Shown here: piece by piece, positions 37,568 through 46,862 of the stretch
Position numbering within the stretch: the first letter of the stretch is position 1
Layout: each line of letters opens with the position of its first letter
From: Actinomycetes bacterium
GTDB taxonomy: Bacteria; Actinomycetota; Acidimicrobiia; Acidimicrobiales; RAAP-2
Length of the DNA stretch: 64,000 nt
Direction: 5' to 3'
NCBI GenBank assembly: GCA_021815645.1
Contig: JAKBAB010000001.1
Coordinates: 47,974 to 111,973, forward strand
The notes under the pieces: model-generated
The model's input: only the letters and a program-made list of their open reading frames with translations
Databases searched by the model: none
Told to the model about the DNA's origin: nothing
Made by a program: the position numbers and the translations under genes

Positions 37568-37587
37568 CTAACCATCGTAACGACAAA

Positions 37588-37615
37588 TCGGCCGGGGGAC
37601 TTATCCCCCGGCCGA
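37588..37615 (-). terminator. Terminator hairpin after the YceI gene
   Basis: 12-bp perfect stem TCGGCCGGGGGA/TCCCCCGGCCGA with a 4-nt loop, followed by TTT on the minus strand. Confidence 0.75.
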
Positions 37616-37630
37616 CGTTCGCCTTCGAGC

Positions 37631-38176
37631 TCAGCCCTGCTTTGAGGCTTCAATGGTGAATTCGAGAACGACCTTGTGGCCAACGACGAGGTTGCCGTTT
37701 TCGAGAACTCCTTCGAAGTTGACCCCGAAGTCGCGTCGATCGATCTCACCGCGCGCTTCGAAGCCCGCTACGGTGACCCCCGGGGCGAAGGACGGACCCG
37801 ATCCGAGGTACTCCACGGCGAACGTTACGGACTTGGTAACGCCGTGAATGGTTAGGTCGGCGACGAGTTCGTAGTTGTCGCCCCCACTGGGCGAAATCGA
37901 CTTCGAAGCCAGGGTCAGCGTCGGAAACTTCTCCAACTCCAAAAAGTCGGCACTCTTTAGGTGGTTGTCACGCATCTCGTTGTTGGTCGAGATGCTCGAC
38001 GCCTGCACCGTCGCCTCAACGGACGTGGTGTCGAGCGAGTCCCCGACGGTTATCGTGCCCGAAAACTCGCCGAAACTGCCGCGAACCTTTGACGCCACTA
38101 GGTGTCGGGCGACGAAGGTGATGTTGCTGTGAACTGGATCCACGGTGTAAACGCCGGGAGCGGGAAGGTTGCTCAT
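37631..38176 (-). CDS. YceI family polyisoprenoid-binding protein
   Basis: DPVHSNITF, VRGSF, RDNHLKSADFL, LTIHGVTK, IDRRDFG. GAGGAG RBS. Confidence 0.93.
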   Translation of the reverse strand: MSNLPAPGVYTVDPVHSNITFVARHLVASKVRGSFGEFSGTITVGDSLDTTSVEATVQASSISTNNEMRDNHLKSADFLELEKFPTLTLASKSISPSGGDNYELVADLTIHGVTKSVTFAVEYLGSGPSFAPGVTVAGFEARGEIDRRDFGVNFEGVLENGNLVVGHKVVLEFTIEASKQG

Positions 38177-38283
38177 GGGTACTCTCCTCAAGGTAGTTAG
38201 ATACTGCTGACCTAACTATACTTTACTTTGCAACTACTTGTCAAGAAGAAACTTCTAAGTCAATTAAGTGGTACACTGTCGGG

Positions 38284-38742
38284 GTGGAAACCAACTTACG
38301 CACCTGCCCATCAGGTGACGAGAAAGTGGCCCTCTTCGGCCTTCTACTCGAAACCAACGCTCGGCTATCGAGGGATCTGGGCGCCGCGCTCGAGAACGCG
38401 TGTCGGGTACCGTTGGCCTGGTTTGAAGTCATGTTGCAACTGCGCCAGTCGCCCGAGGGTCGTCTCAAAATGAGTCAGATGGCCGACGCCATCGTTCACT
38501 CGACCGGTGGGACGACGCGGCTAGTCGACCGCCTCGAGGAGGCCGGCCTCGTGCACCGACAACTGTGCCCGAACGACCGACGGGCGATTTACGTGGCCCT
38601 CACTGATGAGGGCAACACCAAACTCGACGTCGCCCTCGATGTCCACTTGGCCTACTTAGACGACCACTTAGCCGCGCGTTTGAGTGTCCCCGAGCGCCGC
38701 GCGCTGACGACCCTGCTACTTAAGCTGAACGCGAACCGCTAG
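38284..38742 (+). CDS. MarR family regulator divergent from yceI
   Basis: wHTH STGGTTRLVDRLEEAGLV..DRR. TACACT-N6-GTG. Confidence 0.92.
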   Translation: METNLRTCPSGDEKVALFGLLLETNARLSRDLGAALENACRVPLAWFEVMLQLRQSPEGRLKMSQMADAIVHSTGGTTRLVDRLEEAGLVHRQLCPNDRRAIYVALTDEGNTKLDVALDVHLAYLDDHLAARLSVPERRALTTLLLKLNANR

Positions 38743-41700
38743 GCCCGCTCAACCCACGCGCGCGCCACGCGTCCGTCGCCGAGATCCAAAACGCACCCCT
38801 CGCCCGATCCCGGGGAGGTCAGAACCTCGAGAGCCAAAACCTCCCGGGCCAAGTGCGGGAACTCTCCGGCGAGGTCTTCGAGTCCCGTTAGGCGCAGGAC
38901 CACCCGGTCGGAGATGAGGAGTCCCTCACTCTTTCGGAGGTCCTGGATCTGACGCACCAAGTCCCGTAACACCCCGCGACGGCGCAGGTCGTCGTCTAGT
39001 TCAACGTCCAGGGCGACCACTTCGGCTCCGCCGCGAGACACGGCGAAACCTCCGTGGCCCTCGACTCGCAGTTCCACGTCCTCGGGCAATAGTTCCACCG
39101 GTCCCGTCGACAGGAGGACCCGCAGGGGCGCACCCGACTCGAGGGTCGCCGCCGCGCCGGCCGCGTCGAGTAGGGCCAGGGCTCCGCGCAACTCCTTAGC
39201 CGCCTCACCGAGCTTGGGACCGACGGAACGAAAATTGGGCACCAACTCGAAGCTCAACACGTCGGCCAGTTCGCGACCGTACTCAATGCGGTCGACGTTC
39301 AGCTCATCTTCCACGACCCCCGCCGGCGGCGGGGGCGAATCGGCGGGGAGAAAGACCAGCGCCCGCGAGAGGGGCTGGCGAACCTTGAGTCCGGCACCGG
39401 CCCGCGCGGCGCGGCCCAGCGAAGTCAGGCGACGGGCGACGGCCATCGAGGCCTCGAGGGCCTCGTGGCGGCGATCGGGTTCGGGGGATGGCCACGGCGC
39501 CAGGTGGACCGAGTCGTCGTCGGCCACGTCGAAGAGGATCTGGTAGAGCCGCTCGCTCAGGAAGGGACAAAATGGGGCGAGCAGTACGCAGATCCGTTGG
39601 AGAACGTCGAGCAAAGTCGCCTGGGCCGCCAGGGAGTCAGTTCGCGGCGCGGTCGGATCGGTTCGCCAAAATCTCCGCCGGCTGAGCCGTACGTACCAAT
39701 TGGAGAGGTCGTCGACCAACGTCGCGAGCGCGTCGGCCGCTTCGAGGGGCTCGTAGCCCTCGAGGGCGTTCGTTACCCGGATCGACGTCCCCTCAACACG
39801 AGAGAGGATCCACTGGTCGACGGCGCCACGGGCTGACGGGGCGGGTATCTCGGGGTCGTCGGGCTCGAAGCCGTTAAGGGACGCGTACGTCGAGAAGAAG
39901 CTCACCGTATTCCAAAGGGTCGCGAGCGTCGAGCGCGTTGACGCGTCGATGGCCCCCAAACTGGCGCGCGTTGACGTCCACGGCGAACCCTGCGAGAACA
40001 TCCACCACCGCAGTGGGTCGGCGCCCCGCGAGTTCAGCACCTCCCAGGGGTCGATGACGTTACCGAGCGACTTACTCATCTTCTTGCCGTTTTCGTCGAC
40101 GATATGCCCGAGGCACAGTACGTGTTCGTAGGGCCGTGCTCCGAAGACCAGGGTGTTCACCGCGAGTAGTGAGTAGAACCACCCGCGGGTCTGGTCGATC
40201 GCTTCGGCGACGAGTTGGGCCGGGAACGCGAGGGCCTCGGCGCTGCCGGCCACGTGAGGGTAACCGACCTGCGCCGCCGGCATGGCGCCCGAGTCGAACC
40301 ACGCGTCGATCACCGGTTCAACGCGGCGAGCGAGCCCGGCGCATTCGGGGCAAGGGAACGTCACGTCGTCGATTTCGGGGCGGTGCGGCTCTACGTGGGC
40401 CAGGTCCCTTCCGGCGAGAATTGACAGTTCTTGACGCGACGCAACGCAGGTCACGTGACCGTGAGCGCACCGCCACAGGGGCAGGGGCGTACCCCAATAT
40501 CGGTCGCGCGACAGGGCCCAGTCGACGTTGTTCGCTAACCACTCCCCCATACGACCGTCACGGATGTGCTCGGGGTGCCAGTCGACCGAGCGGTTTTCGT
40601 CGATCAATCGCTCTTTGAAACGGCTCGTCGCCACGTACCAACTGGGCTTCGCCCAGTAGATCAGCGCGGTAGCGCAGCGCCAACAGTGCGGCAAGGAGTG
40701 GACGTAGTCCTCGGATCGTAGGAGTAGCCCCCGACGGTCCAACTCCCGATTAATCCGTTCATTGGCTTCGCGCACCCCCACTCCGTCCAGCCACGGTACT
40801 TCCGCGCCGAATCGCCCCTCGGGACCCACGGGGTTAAGGATGGGCAAGGCGTACTCTCGCGCCACTTGACGGTCAACTTCCCCGAAGGCCGGCGCCTGGT
40901 GCACGAGCCCGGTGCCCTCGTCGGTCGTGACGTACGAAGCGGCGACGACGTAGTTGACGTCGCCGCCCGCGGGTAACGCCACGTCGTCGAAGGGCCGCTC
41001 GTAGTGACGTCCGACGAGGTCCGCGCCGAGCAACGTGGCGTCGGGGCGTGCGCCTTCGCCGAAGACGGCTTCAACGAGGTCGAGCGCCACGACCACACCG
41101 CCCACCACCGCGTAGGTCACGTCGGGGTTGACCGCCACCGCGACGTTCGCGAGCAGAGTCCAGGGCGTGGTCGTCCACACCGCGAGGTGGGTCGCCCCGG
41201 CCAGTTCCGCGGGTGCGACGGCGACTAGGGGCAACTTAACGTACGCGCTCTCGTCGACCTCGTCGTAGTAGACCCCGGGCTGACCCAGTTCGTGAGAGGA
41301 AAGGGCTGTTTCGCACCGGGGGCAGTACGGCACAACCTTTACGTCCTCGTAGAGGAGACCCTGGTCGAACAGTTGCTTGAGGTGCCACCACACCGACTCG
41401 ACGTAGGCCGGGTGGAACGTGAAGTACGCGTTGTCCATATCGGTCCAGTACCCGATTCGCTCCGTGAGGCGCTCGAATTCGCCCACGTAGGTCAGTACGG
41501 ACTCGCGGCATAGCCGCGTGAACTCTCGCACTCCCACTCCACCTTCAATGGCTTTTTTGCCCGAAATCCCTAACTGCTTTTCCACTTGTACTTCGACCGG
41601 GAGTCCGTGGGTGTCCCACCCGGCCCGGCGAGCTACGAAACGGCCCCGCATCGTGTGGAAGCGACAAAACAGGTCCTTGTAAACACGCGCCCACACGTGG

Positions 41701-41870
41701 TGCAGCCCCGGCTGACCGTTGGCCGTCGGCGGACCTTCGTAGAAAACCCACGGTTCGGCCCCTTTACGTAGCGCCAAGGATCGCTCGAAGACTGAGTTGG
41801 CGCGCCAGCGTAAGAGTTCCGCCTCCTCGAGGGCGACGAAGTCGACGTCGGCGCTGACCGGGTGAAACAT
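38739..41870 (-). CDS. ileS: Isoleucine--tRNA ligase, type 2
   Basis: FYEGPPTANG, GLHH in place of HIGH, GWDTHGLP, WTTTPWTL, DQTRGWFY, KMSKS, long IleRS2-type C-terminus. Confidence 0.96.
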   Translation of the reverse strand: MFHPVSADVDFVALEEAELLRWRANSVFERSLALRKGAEPWVFYEGPPTANGQPGLHHVWARVYKDLFCRFHTMRGRFVARRAGWDTHGLPVEVQVEKQLGISGKKAIEGGVGVREFTRLCRESVLTYVGEFERLTERIGYWTDMDNAYFTFHPAYVESVWWHLKQLFDQGLLYEDVKVVPYCPRCETALSSHELGQPGVYYDEVDESAYVKLPLVAVAPAELAGATHLAVWTTTPWTLLANVAVAVNPDVTYAVVGGVVVALDLVEAVFGEGARPDATLLGADLVGRHYERPFDDVALPAGGDVNYVVAASYVTTDEGTGLVHQAPAFGEVDRQVAREYALPILNPVGPEGRFGAEVPWLDGVGVREANERINRELDRRGLLLRSEDYVHSLPHCWRCATALIYWAKPSWYVATSRFKERLIDENRSVDWHPEHIRDGRMGEWLANNVDWALSRDRYWGTPLPLWRCAHGHVTCVASRQELSILAGRDLAHVEPHRPEIDDVTFPCPECAGLARRVEPVIDAWFDSGAMPAAQVGYPHVAGSAEALAFPAQLVAEAIDQTRGWFYSLLAVNTLVFGARPYEHVLCLGHIVDENGKKMSKSLGNVIDPWEVLNSRGADPLRWWMFSQGSPWTSTRASLGAIDASTRSTLATLWNTVSFFSTYASLNGFEPDDPEIPAPSARGAVDQWILSRVEGTSIRVTNALEGYEPLEAADALATLVDDLSNWYVRLSRRRFWRTDPTAPRTDSLAAQATLLDVLQRICVLLAPFCPFLSERLYQILFDVADDDSVHLAPWPSPEPDRRHEALEASMAVARRLTSLGRAARAGAGLKVRQPLSRALVFLPADSPPPPAGVVEDELNVDRIEYGRELADVLSFELVPNFRSVGPKLGEAAKELRGALALLDAAGAAATLESGAPLRVLLSTGPVELLPEDVELRVEGHGGFAVSRGGAEVVALDVELDDDLRRRGVLRDLVRQIQDLRKSEGLLISDRVVLRLTGLEDLAGEFPHLAREVLALEVLTSPGSGEGCVLDLGDGRVARAWVERA

Positions 41871-41946
41871 CTCTCTCCTTATTTTTTGTCTCCCTCAGCG
41901 TAGTGAACGCACCGACGGCGGCGGCGACGACGCGTACTGTAGGCAA

Positions 41947-42423
41947 GTGGGAACTCTCGTCGTCAGCGAAGAGTCACTCACCACCAGCGGCGCCCTCAGC
42001 GTCTTTCACGCGGCCGTTGACGAATTGGAGCGGCGATACGGCGGAATCGACGACGGACTTCACATAAGCCTCGAAGAGCTAGGTCCGCCACGGGGGTTCT
42101 TCGTCGTGGCGCGCCGCGACGGCCACCCCGTGGGCGGCGTCGGGGTACGTTCCATCGGTGAGCTCGCGCACCGCGACGGGGAAGTGAAGCGTCTCTGGGT
42201 TCGTCCCGACCAGCGACGGCTCGGCGTCGCCTCGGCGCTGATGGACGAGGCACTGGGCGGCGCGCGCCGGCGCGGATTCGAACGGCTCTACCTCGAGACG
42301 GGCAATCGACAACCCGAGGCGGTCGCCTTCTACGAAAGGACTCAGTGGCGTCGAGTGGAGGACTTTCCGCCCGGAGCTTTCACCCACGATGAGGCCTATC
42401 GCTTCTGCAAAACGCTGCGTTAG
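41947..42423 (+). CDS. GNAT acetyltransferase
   Basis: EVKRLWVRPDQRRLGVA, LETGNRQPEAVAFY. Confidence 0.9.
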   Translation: MGTLVVSEESLTTSGALSVFHAAVDELERRYGGIDDGLHISLEELGPPRGFFVVARRDGHPVGGVGVRSIGELAHRDGEVKRLWVRPDQRRLGVASALMDEALGGARRRGFERLYLETGNRQPEAVAFYERTQWRRVEDFPPGAFTHDEAYRFCKTLR

Positions 42424-43112
42424 GTAACTTCGTGCCTCGCTCGCGGCGCCGGCCGTTGGTAGCGTTCGGCCATCCAATCTTCCCTCAGCTCCTCGAGGGA
42501 GTCGAGCACCAAGTCGGCTAGGGCAAAGGCGGCCTCGCCACGGTCGTCCGCGCTGGGAACGGCCACCACACTCATCCGCGCCGCCTTGGCGGCGAGGACA
42601 CCCGCGGAAGAGTCCTCGAACACCAAACAGGCCGGCGGCGCCACTTCGAGCGACGACGCGGCGCTCAAAAACACGGCCGGGTGGGGTTTGCCGTAGGGTT
42701 CGTGCTCGGCCGAGTGGACCGACGCGAATCGATCGCGCAACGAGAAGTGCGCGAGACAGCGTTCAATAAGTTCGAGTGGAGTAGAACTGGCCAGAGCGAC
42801 GGGCCCGTAGCGCGCGGCGAGATCGAGCGCGTCAACGGCGCCGGGCAGTAGGACCCCGCGAGTTTCGACCAGAAAGGCGACCCGATCGAGCAATCGCTCC
42901 ACGACGTCCTGAGTACCGATTCCCACCCAAGGGTGGCGCGCGTACCAGTATTCGACGACTTCGCTTACGAACATTCCCTTCGTCGTGCGGCCCGAAGTAA
43001 TCGCGACGTCAACGCCCAGTTCGGCGAAAATCTCCACTTCAGCCTCGTGCCAGAGAACTTCCGAGTCGATGAGCAGGCCGTCCATGTCAAAGAGGGTCGC
43101 CGCCAGTTTCAC
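42420..43112 (-). CDS. HAD phosphatase (HxpB/YniC-like)
   Basis: FDMDGLLIDSE, LASS, GKPHP, FEDS. Confidence 0.9.
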   Translation of the reverse strand: MKLAATLFDMDGLLIDSEVLWHEAEVEIFAELGVDVAITSGRTTKGMFVSEVVEYWYARHPWVGIGTQDVVERLLDRVAFLVETRGVLLPGAVDALDLAARYGPVALASSTPLELIERCLAHFSLRDRFASVHSAEHEPYGKPHPAVFLSAASSLEVAPPACLVFEDSSAGVLAAKAARMSVVAVPSADDRGEAAFALADLVLDSLEELREDWMAERYQRPAPRARHEVT

Positions 43113-43147
43113 TACGCCATGCTTACACAGCCCGCTACCGTTAAGAA

Positions 43148-44062
43148 ATGACGGTGCGACCAATGGGGCGCGGCGACGTGGCCGCCGTCGCCAATCGCGT
43201 GGCGCGAGCCCTCGCCCGTGACGCTAACCGTGAACCGCTAATTTGCTCGCGGTTCTCTCGGGCGGCCCTACGCGATGCACTCGAGAGCGCGCGCGACGTG
43301 GCGTGGGTCGCCGATGGAGCGCAAGACCTGTGTGGACACCTCGTCGGGACGGTCCTCGAAGACCGCGGGGGCGCGAAGCGGGCGTGGGTCGGTCCCGACG
43401 GAGTCTCCTTCGATGATCCCCAAACCCTCGACCAGCTCTACCGCGTTGCGCGGGTACGTTGGAACGCAATGGGTGCCCACGAACACCTGGCGTGGGTCTT
43501 TAGAGACGACCTCGCACCGTGGGTTTCGCTCGGCTTTTCGCGCGTTCACGTACGCGCCGCGCGGGCCATCGACGCGAGTGCGCCATCGTGGCCACGCTCC
43601 TACTGCGTTCGACCCGGCACCTTGGGGGACCTCGAAGTGGCCCTCGCCCTCGACGCACTAGTGGAAGACGGGACCAGTGCCCCGTCGACTCACGAGATGA
43701 ACGATGAGGGATGTCGTCGGGAGGAGTGGCGCGAACTACTGAGCGAACCCGACGTTCGCCACTTCGTCGTCGAACGCGCCGGCGACCCCGTCGCGCAGAT
43801 TGTCAGTTATCCCCTGGGTTCGCTACGCGGCTCCTTCGCGCGAACCGTGCACTTCAGTGCGCTCGCGGTCGAACCAAGCCACCGCCGCCGGGGCGTCGCG
43901 CGCGCTCTAGTCGAAACGGCTACCGCGTCGGCCCACCGCGACGGCTTTCGCTACGCCGAGGTCGCGTGGCGAAGCGCCAACGACGGCGCGCAGGCGTTGT
44001 GGACTACCCTCGGCTTTAGGGCGACTTACGTTCGCCTACAGCGCCACGGTGACTCAAGCTGA
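43148..44062 (+). CDS. Tandem GNAT-domain acetyltransferase
   Basis: C-terminal LAVEPSHRRRGVA...N..AQALWTTLGF, degenerate N-terminal GNAT domain. TACCGT-N6-ATG. Confidence 0.8.
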   Translation: MTVRPMGRGDVAAVANRVARALARDANREPLICSRFSRAALRDALESARDVAWVADGAQDLCGHLVGTVLEDRGGAKRAWVGPDGVSFDDPQTLDQLYRVARVRWNAMGAHEHLAWVFRDDLAPWVSLGFSRVHVRAARAIDASAPSWPRSYCVRPGTLGDLEVALALDALVEDGTSAPSTHEMNDEGCRREEWRELLSEPDVRHFVVERAGDPVAQIVSYPLGSLRGSFARTVHFSALAVEPSHRRRGVARALVETATASAHRDGFRYAEVAWRSANDGAQALWTTLGFRATYVRLQRHGDSS

Positions 44063-44539
44063 GAGCGTGGCCTCGATGGCGCTCACCAGGACCGGGTCCT
44101 CGGGGGCAACCAGCGGGGCGAAGCGAGACAGCGTGCCGTCCGGCGCGACGAGAAATTTCTCGAAATTCCACCGGACGTCCCCGCGGTAGCCGTCGGCGTC
44201 GGGCACTTCGACGAGTTCGGCGTAAATGGGACTGCGCTCCGGACCGTTTACGTCGATCTTTTCGAAGAGGGGAAACGTGACTCCGTAGGTCGTCGAGCAA
44301 AAACTTTGTATCTCTTCGGCACTTCCCGGCTCTTGCTCGGCGAACTGGTTACAGGGAAATCCCAGCACACTAAAGCCCCGGGATCGGTACTTTTCGTGCA
44401 GGGCCTCGAGTCCTTCGTACTGGGGCGTGAGGCCACACTTCGAGGCGACGTTGACGATGAGCAACGTTTCGCCGCGAAAGCGCTCGAGAGAACTTTCCTC
44501 GCCCGAAAGCGTGTGCAGGGGGGTGTCGTAGAGATTCAT
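44054..44539 (-). CDS. Cys-type glutathione peroxidase family protein (probably thioredoxin/mycothiol-dependent)
   Basis: NVASKCGLTPQY, FPCNQF, WNFEKF. Confidence 0.94.
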   Translation of the reverse strand: MNLYDTPLHTLSGEESSLERFRGETLLIVNVASKCGLTPQYEGLEALHEKYRSRGFSVLGFPCNQFAEQEPGSAEEIQSFCSTTYGVTFPLFEKIDVNGPERSPIYAELVEVPDADGYRGDVRWNFEKFLVAPDGTLSRFAPLVAPEDPVLVSAIEATLSA

Positions 44540-44590
44540 AGCCCGACCCTAGCGGAACGATCGACAATGGAGCCACCCTAGGCTCACAGC

Positions 44591-45544
44591 GTGTGGGCCC
44601 TAACGATTGACGACGGTGCGCTTCACTACCGACAACGCGAAACCCCGGTACCGGGTCCTCGCGACGTTCTCGTGGCGGTGAGCGCCGCCGGCGTAAACGC
44701 GGCCGACCTCGCGCAACTTAAGGGCCACTACCCCGCTCCGCCGGGGTGGCCCCAAGACGTTCCCGGCATGGAACTCGCCGGCGTCGTGGTCGCCGTGGGT
44801 GAAGCGCTCGACGAAAGTCAAGTGGGCCGAAGGGTGTGTGCGCTGACTGGTGGCGGCGCCCAGGCCAGCCACTGCGTCGTGCCCGTAGAACACCTAATCG
44901 AGGTTCCTTCCGGGTTCGACCTCGTAAACGCCGGCGGATTCCCCGAGATCTTCTCCACCGCCTTCGACGCCCTGGTCTCCCAGGGCGAGGTAGCTCGTGG
45001 TGAACGCGTCGTCGTCTCCGGCGCCGCTGGCGGCGTCGGCGTCGCGGCCGTGCAAATCGCCCACGCCCTCGGCGCGCACGTCGTCGCCGTAACCCGGGAC
45101 GATCGTCACCACGAAGCGCTGCGCCGCCTGGGCGCCGACGAACTCACCACCCTCGAGGGGGTGCCCGCCCTAGAACCCTGTGACGTGGTGATTGAACTTC
45201 TCGGCGGGGCGCACCTCGCCGCCGTCCAGTCGCGCCTGGCACCCTTCGCTCGCGTAGTGGTGATCGGGGTCGGACGCGGTGCGCGAGTCGAGCTCGATCT
45301 GCTCAACGTCATGGTCAAGCGGGTTCGCCTGCGCGGTTCGACGCTGCGCTCCAGAGGGCGCGAAGAGAAGGCTCACGTCGCGCGGCTCGTTAGTGAAGTC
45401 GTGGTGCCCTGGTGGACCGCGGGCCGTGTTCAAGTTCCCGTCGCCGCCGTCTTCGACTTAGCCGACGGCGCGGCGGCGTACGATTTCTTCGCGCGGCCCG
45501 GGAAGTTTGGCAAAGTCATTTGTCGTGTCGACCCGCCGGCCTAG
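44591..45544 (+). CDS. NADPH:quinone oxidoreductase (MDR, PIG3-like)
   Basis: AAGVNAAD..Q..GHYP, PGMELAG, GAAGGVG, GKFGKV. Confidence 0.9.
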   Translation: MWALTIDDGALHYRQRETPVPGPRDVLVAVSAAGVNAADLAQLKGHYPAPPGWPQDVPGMELAGVVVAVGEALDESQVGRRVCALTGGGAQASHCVVPVEHLIEVPSGFDLVNAGGFPEIFSTAFDALVSQGEVARGERVVVSGAAGGVGVAAVQIAHALGAHVVAVTRDDRHHEALRRLGADELTTLEGVPALEPCDVVIELLGGAHLAAVQSRLAPFARVVVIGVGRGARVELDLLNVMVKRVRLRGSTLRSRGREEKAHVARLVSEVVVPWWTAGRVQVPVAAVFDLADGAAAYDFFARPGKFGKVICRVDPPA

Positions 45545-45697
45545 ACGGTCCGGTCATCGGCCCGCGCCCTCGCGAATGGTGTGGGGTCAGCCTAAGTTTG
45601 TCTACCGGCGAAGTCTCAAGTAAAAGTAACTGCCGCGGGCCCAGGCATTCGTAGCGACAGATGTCTCGGTGGCGAGCGCCGCCGTTTCGAACTCGGA

Positions 45698-46816
45698 CTA
45701 GAGCAGAGACCGCAGGGGGGTGTAGGGAACACCGAGGGACTCCGCGACCGGTCCGTAGGTAACTGTTCCATCAACGACGTTGACGCCTTCGGCCAGGGCG
45801 TCGTCGGCCACGACCGCGTCTCGCCAACCGTGTCGCGCCAGTTCCATGACGTAGGGCAAGGTGGCGTTAGCCAGGGCCCGCGTCGAAGTCGCCGGAACGG
45901 CCCCGGGCATGTTGGCCACGCAGTAAAAGACCGACCCATTAACTTCGAAGACGGGGTCCGAATGCGTCGTCGGACGCGTGGCCTCGAAACAGCCCCCCTG
46001 ATCGACGGAGATGTCCACGAGTACCGAACCGGGACGCATGCGAGCCACGAGATCATTGCTAACCAACTTCGGCGCCTTGGCCCCGACGACGAGCACCGCC
46101 CCGATAACGATGTCGGCCTCGAGGCAGGCCTGCTCAATCGCGAGGGATGAAGAGGCCAGCGTCTCGACGCGACCGTCGAAGTGGATGTCGACCTGGCGCA
46201 GCCGCTCCAAATTACGGTCGAGGATTTTGACGTTGGCGTGCAACCCCGCCGCCATCGTCGCGGCCGCCAGGCCCGACACCCCGGCCCCAATGACGACGAC
46301 GGTCGCTGGCGACACCCCCGGCACTCCGGTGATTAACGTACCGTGTCCCCCGCCGACGCGCATGAGGTGGTGCGCACCCATGAGGGGCGCCATCCGACCG
46401 GCGACTTCACTCATTGGCGTCAAAAGCGGCAGTGAACTGTCACGAAGTCTCACCGTTTCGTAGGCAATCGCGACGTTGTGCGCCGCAACCAGGGCGTCGG
46501 TACACTCGCGCGAAGCGGCTAGGTGCAGGTAGGTGAACAGAACCTGGTTGCGCCGCGCGCCCAATCGGTGGTACTCGGCCGCCACCGGCTCTTTAACCTT
46601 CAGCACAATCTCACTGTCGGCCCAGAGATCGTCGGGCGCTTCGACCAACGTGGCGCCATTAGCTACGTACTGTTCGTCGGGAATCGACGAGCCGACCCCC
46701 GCGCCACTCTCCACGAGCACCCGATGGCCCACGCTGGTTAGTTCTCGAACCCCCGCGGGCGTAAGCGCCACGCGGTACTCGTCGGTCTTTATCTCCTTGG
46801 CCACGCCGATAATCAC
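45698..46816 (-). CDS. ald: Alanine dehydrogenase
   Basis: KEIKTDEYRVALTP, KVKEP, FTYLHLA, MSEVAG, DQGGC, VANMPGAV. Confidence 0.96.
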   Translation of the reverse strand: MIIGVAKEIKTDEYRVALTPAGVRELTSVGHRVLVESGAGVGSSIPDEQYVANGATLVEAPDDLWADSEIVLKVKEPVAAEYHRLGARRNQVLFTYLHLAASRECTDALVAAHNVAIAYETVRLRDSSLPLLTPMSEVAGRMAPLMGAHHLMRVGGGHGTLITGVPGVSPATVVVIGAGVSGLAAATMAAGLHANVKILDRNLERLRQVDIHFDGRVETLASSSLAIEQACLEADIVIGAVLVVGAKAPKLVSNDLVARMRPGSVLVDISVDQGGCFEATRPTTHSDPVFEVNGSVFYCVANMPGAVPATSTRALANATLPYVMELARHGWRDAVVADDALAEGVNVVDGTVTYGPVAESLGVPYTPLRSLL

Positions 46817-46862
46817 CGGGGGTTCCTCTCTAATCTCTCGCGCGCCGCCTCGCGGGCGCCTT

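Noticed and set aside
38192-38270. Specific MarR operator call
   Set aside because: AT-rich with several imperfect palindromes (TAGTTAG/CTAACTA, CTTGTCAAG, ACTTCTAAGT). I cannot pick one, and this is an ordinary marR-yceI arrangement.
44054-44539. Selenocysteine glutathione peroxidase
   Set aside because: The active-site codon is Cys (TGT) and there is no in-frame TGA.
45545-45697. ncRNA between the convergent oxidoreductase and ald
   Set aside because: No convincing stem-loop, promoter or known motif.
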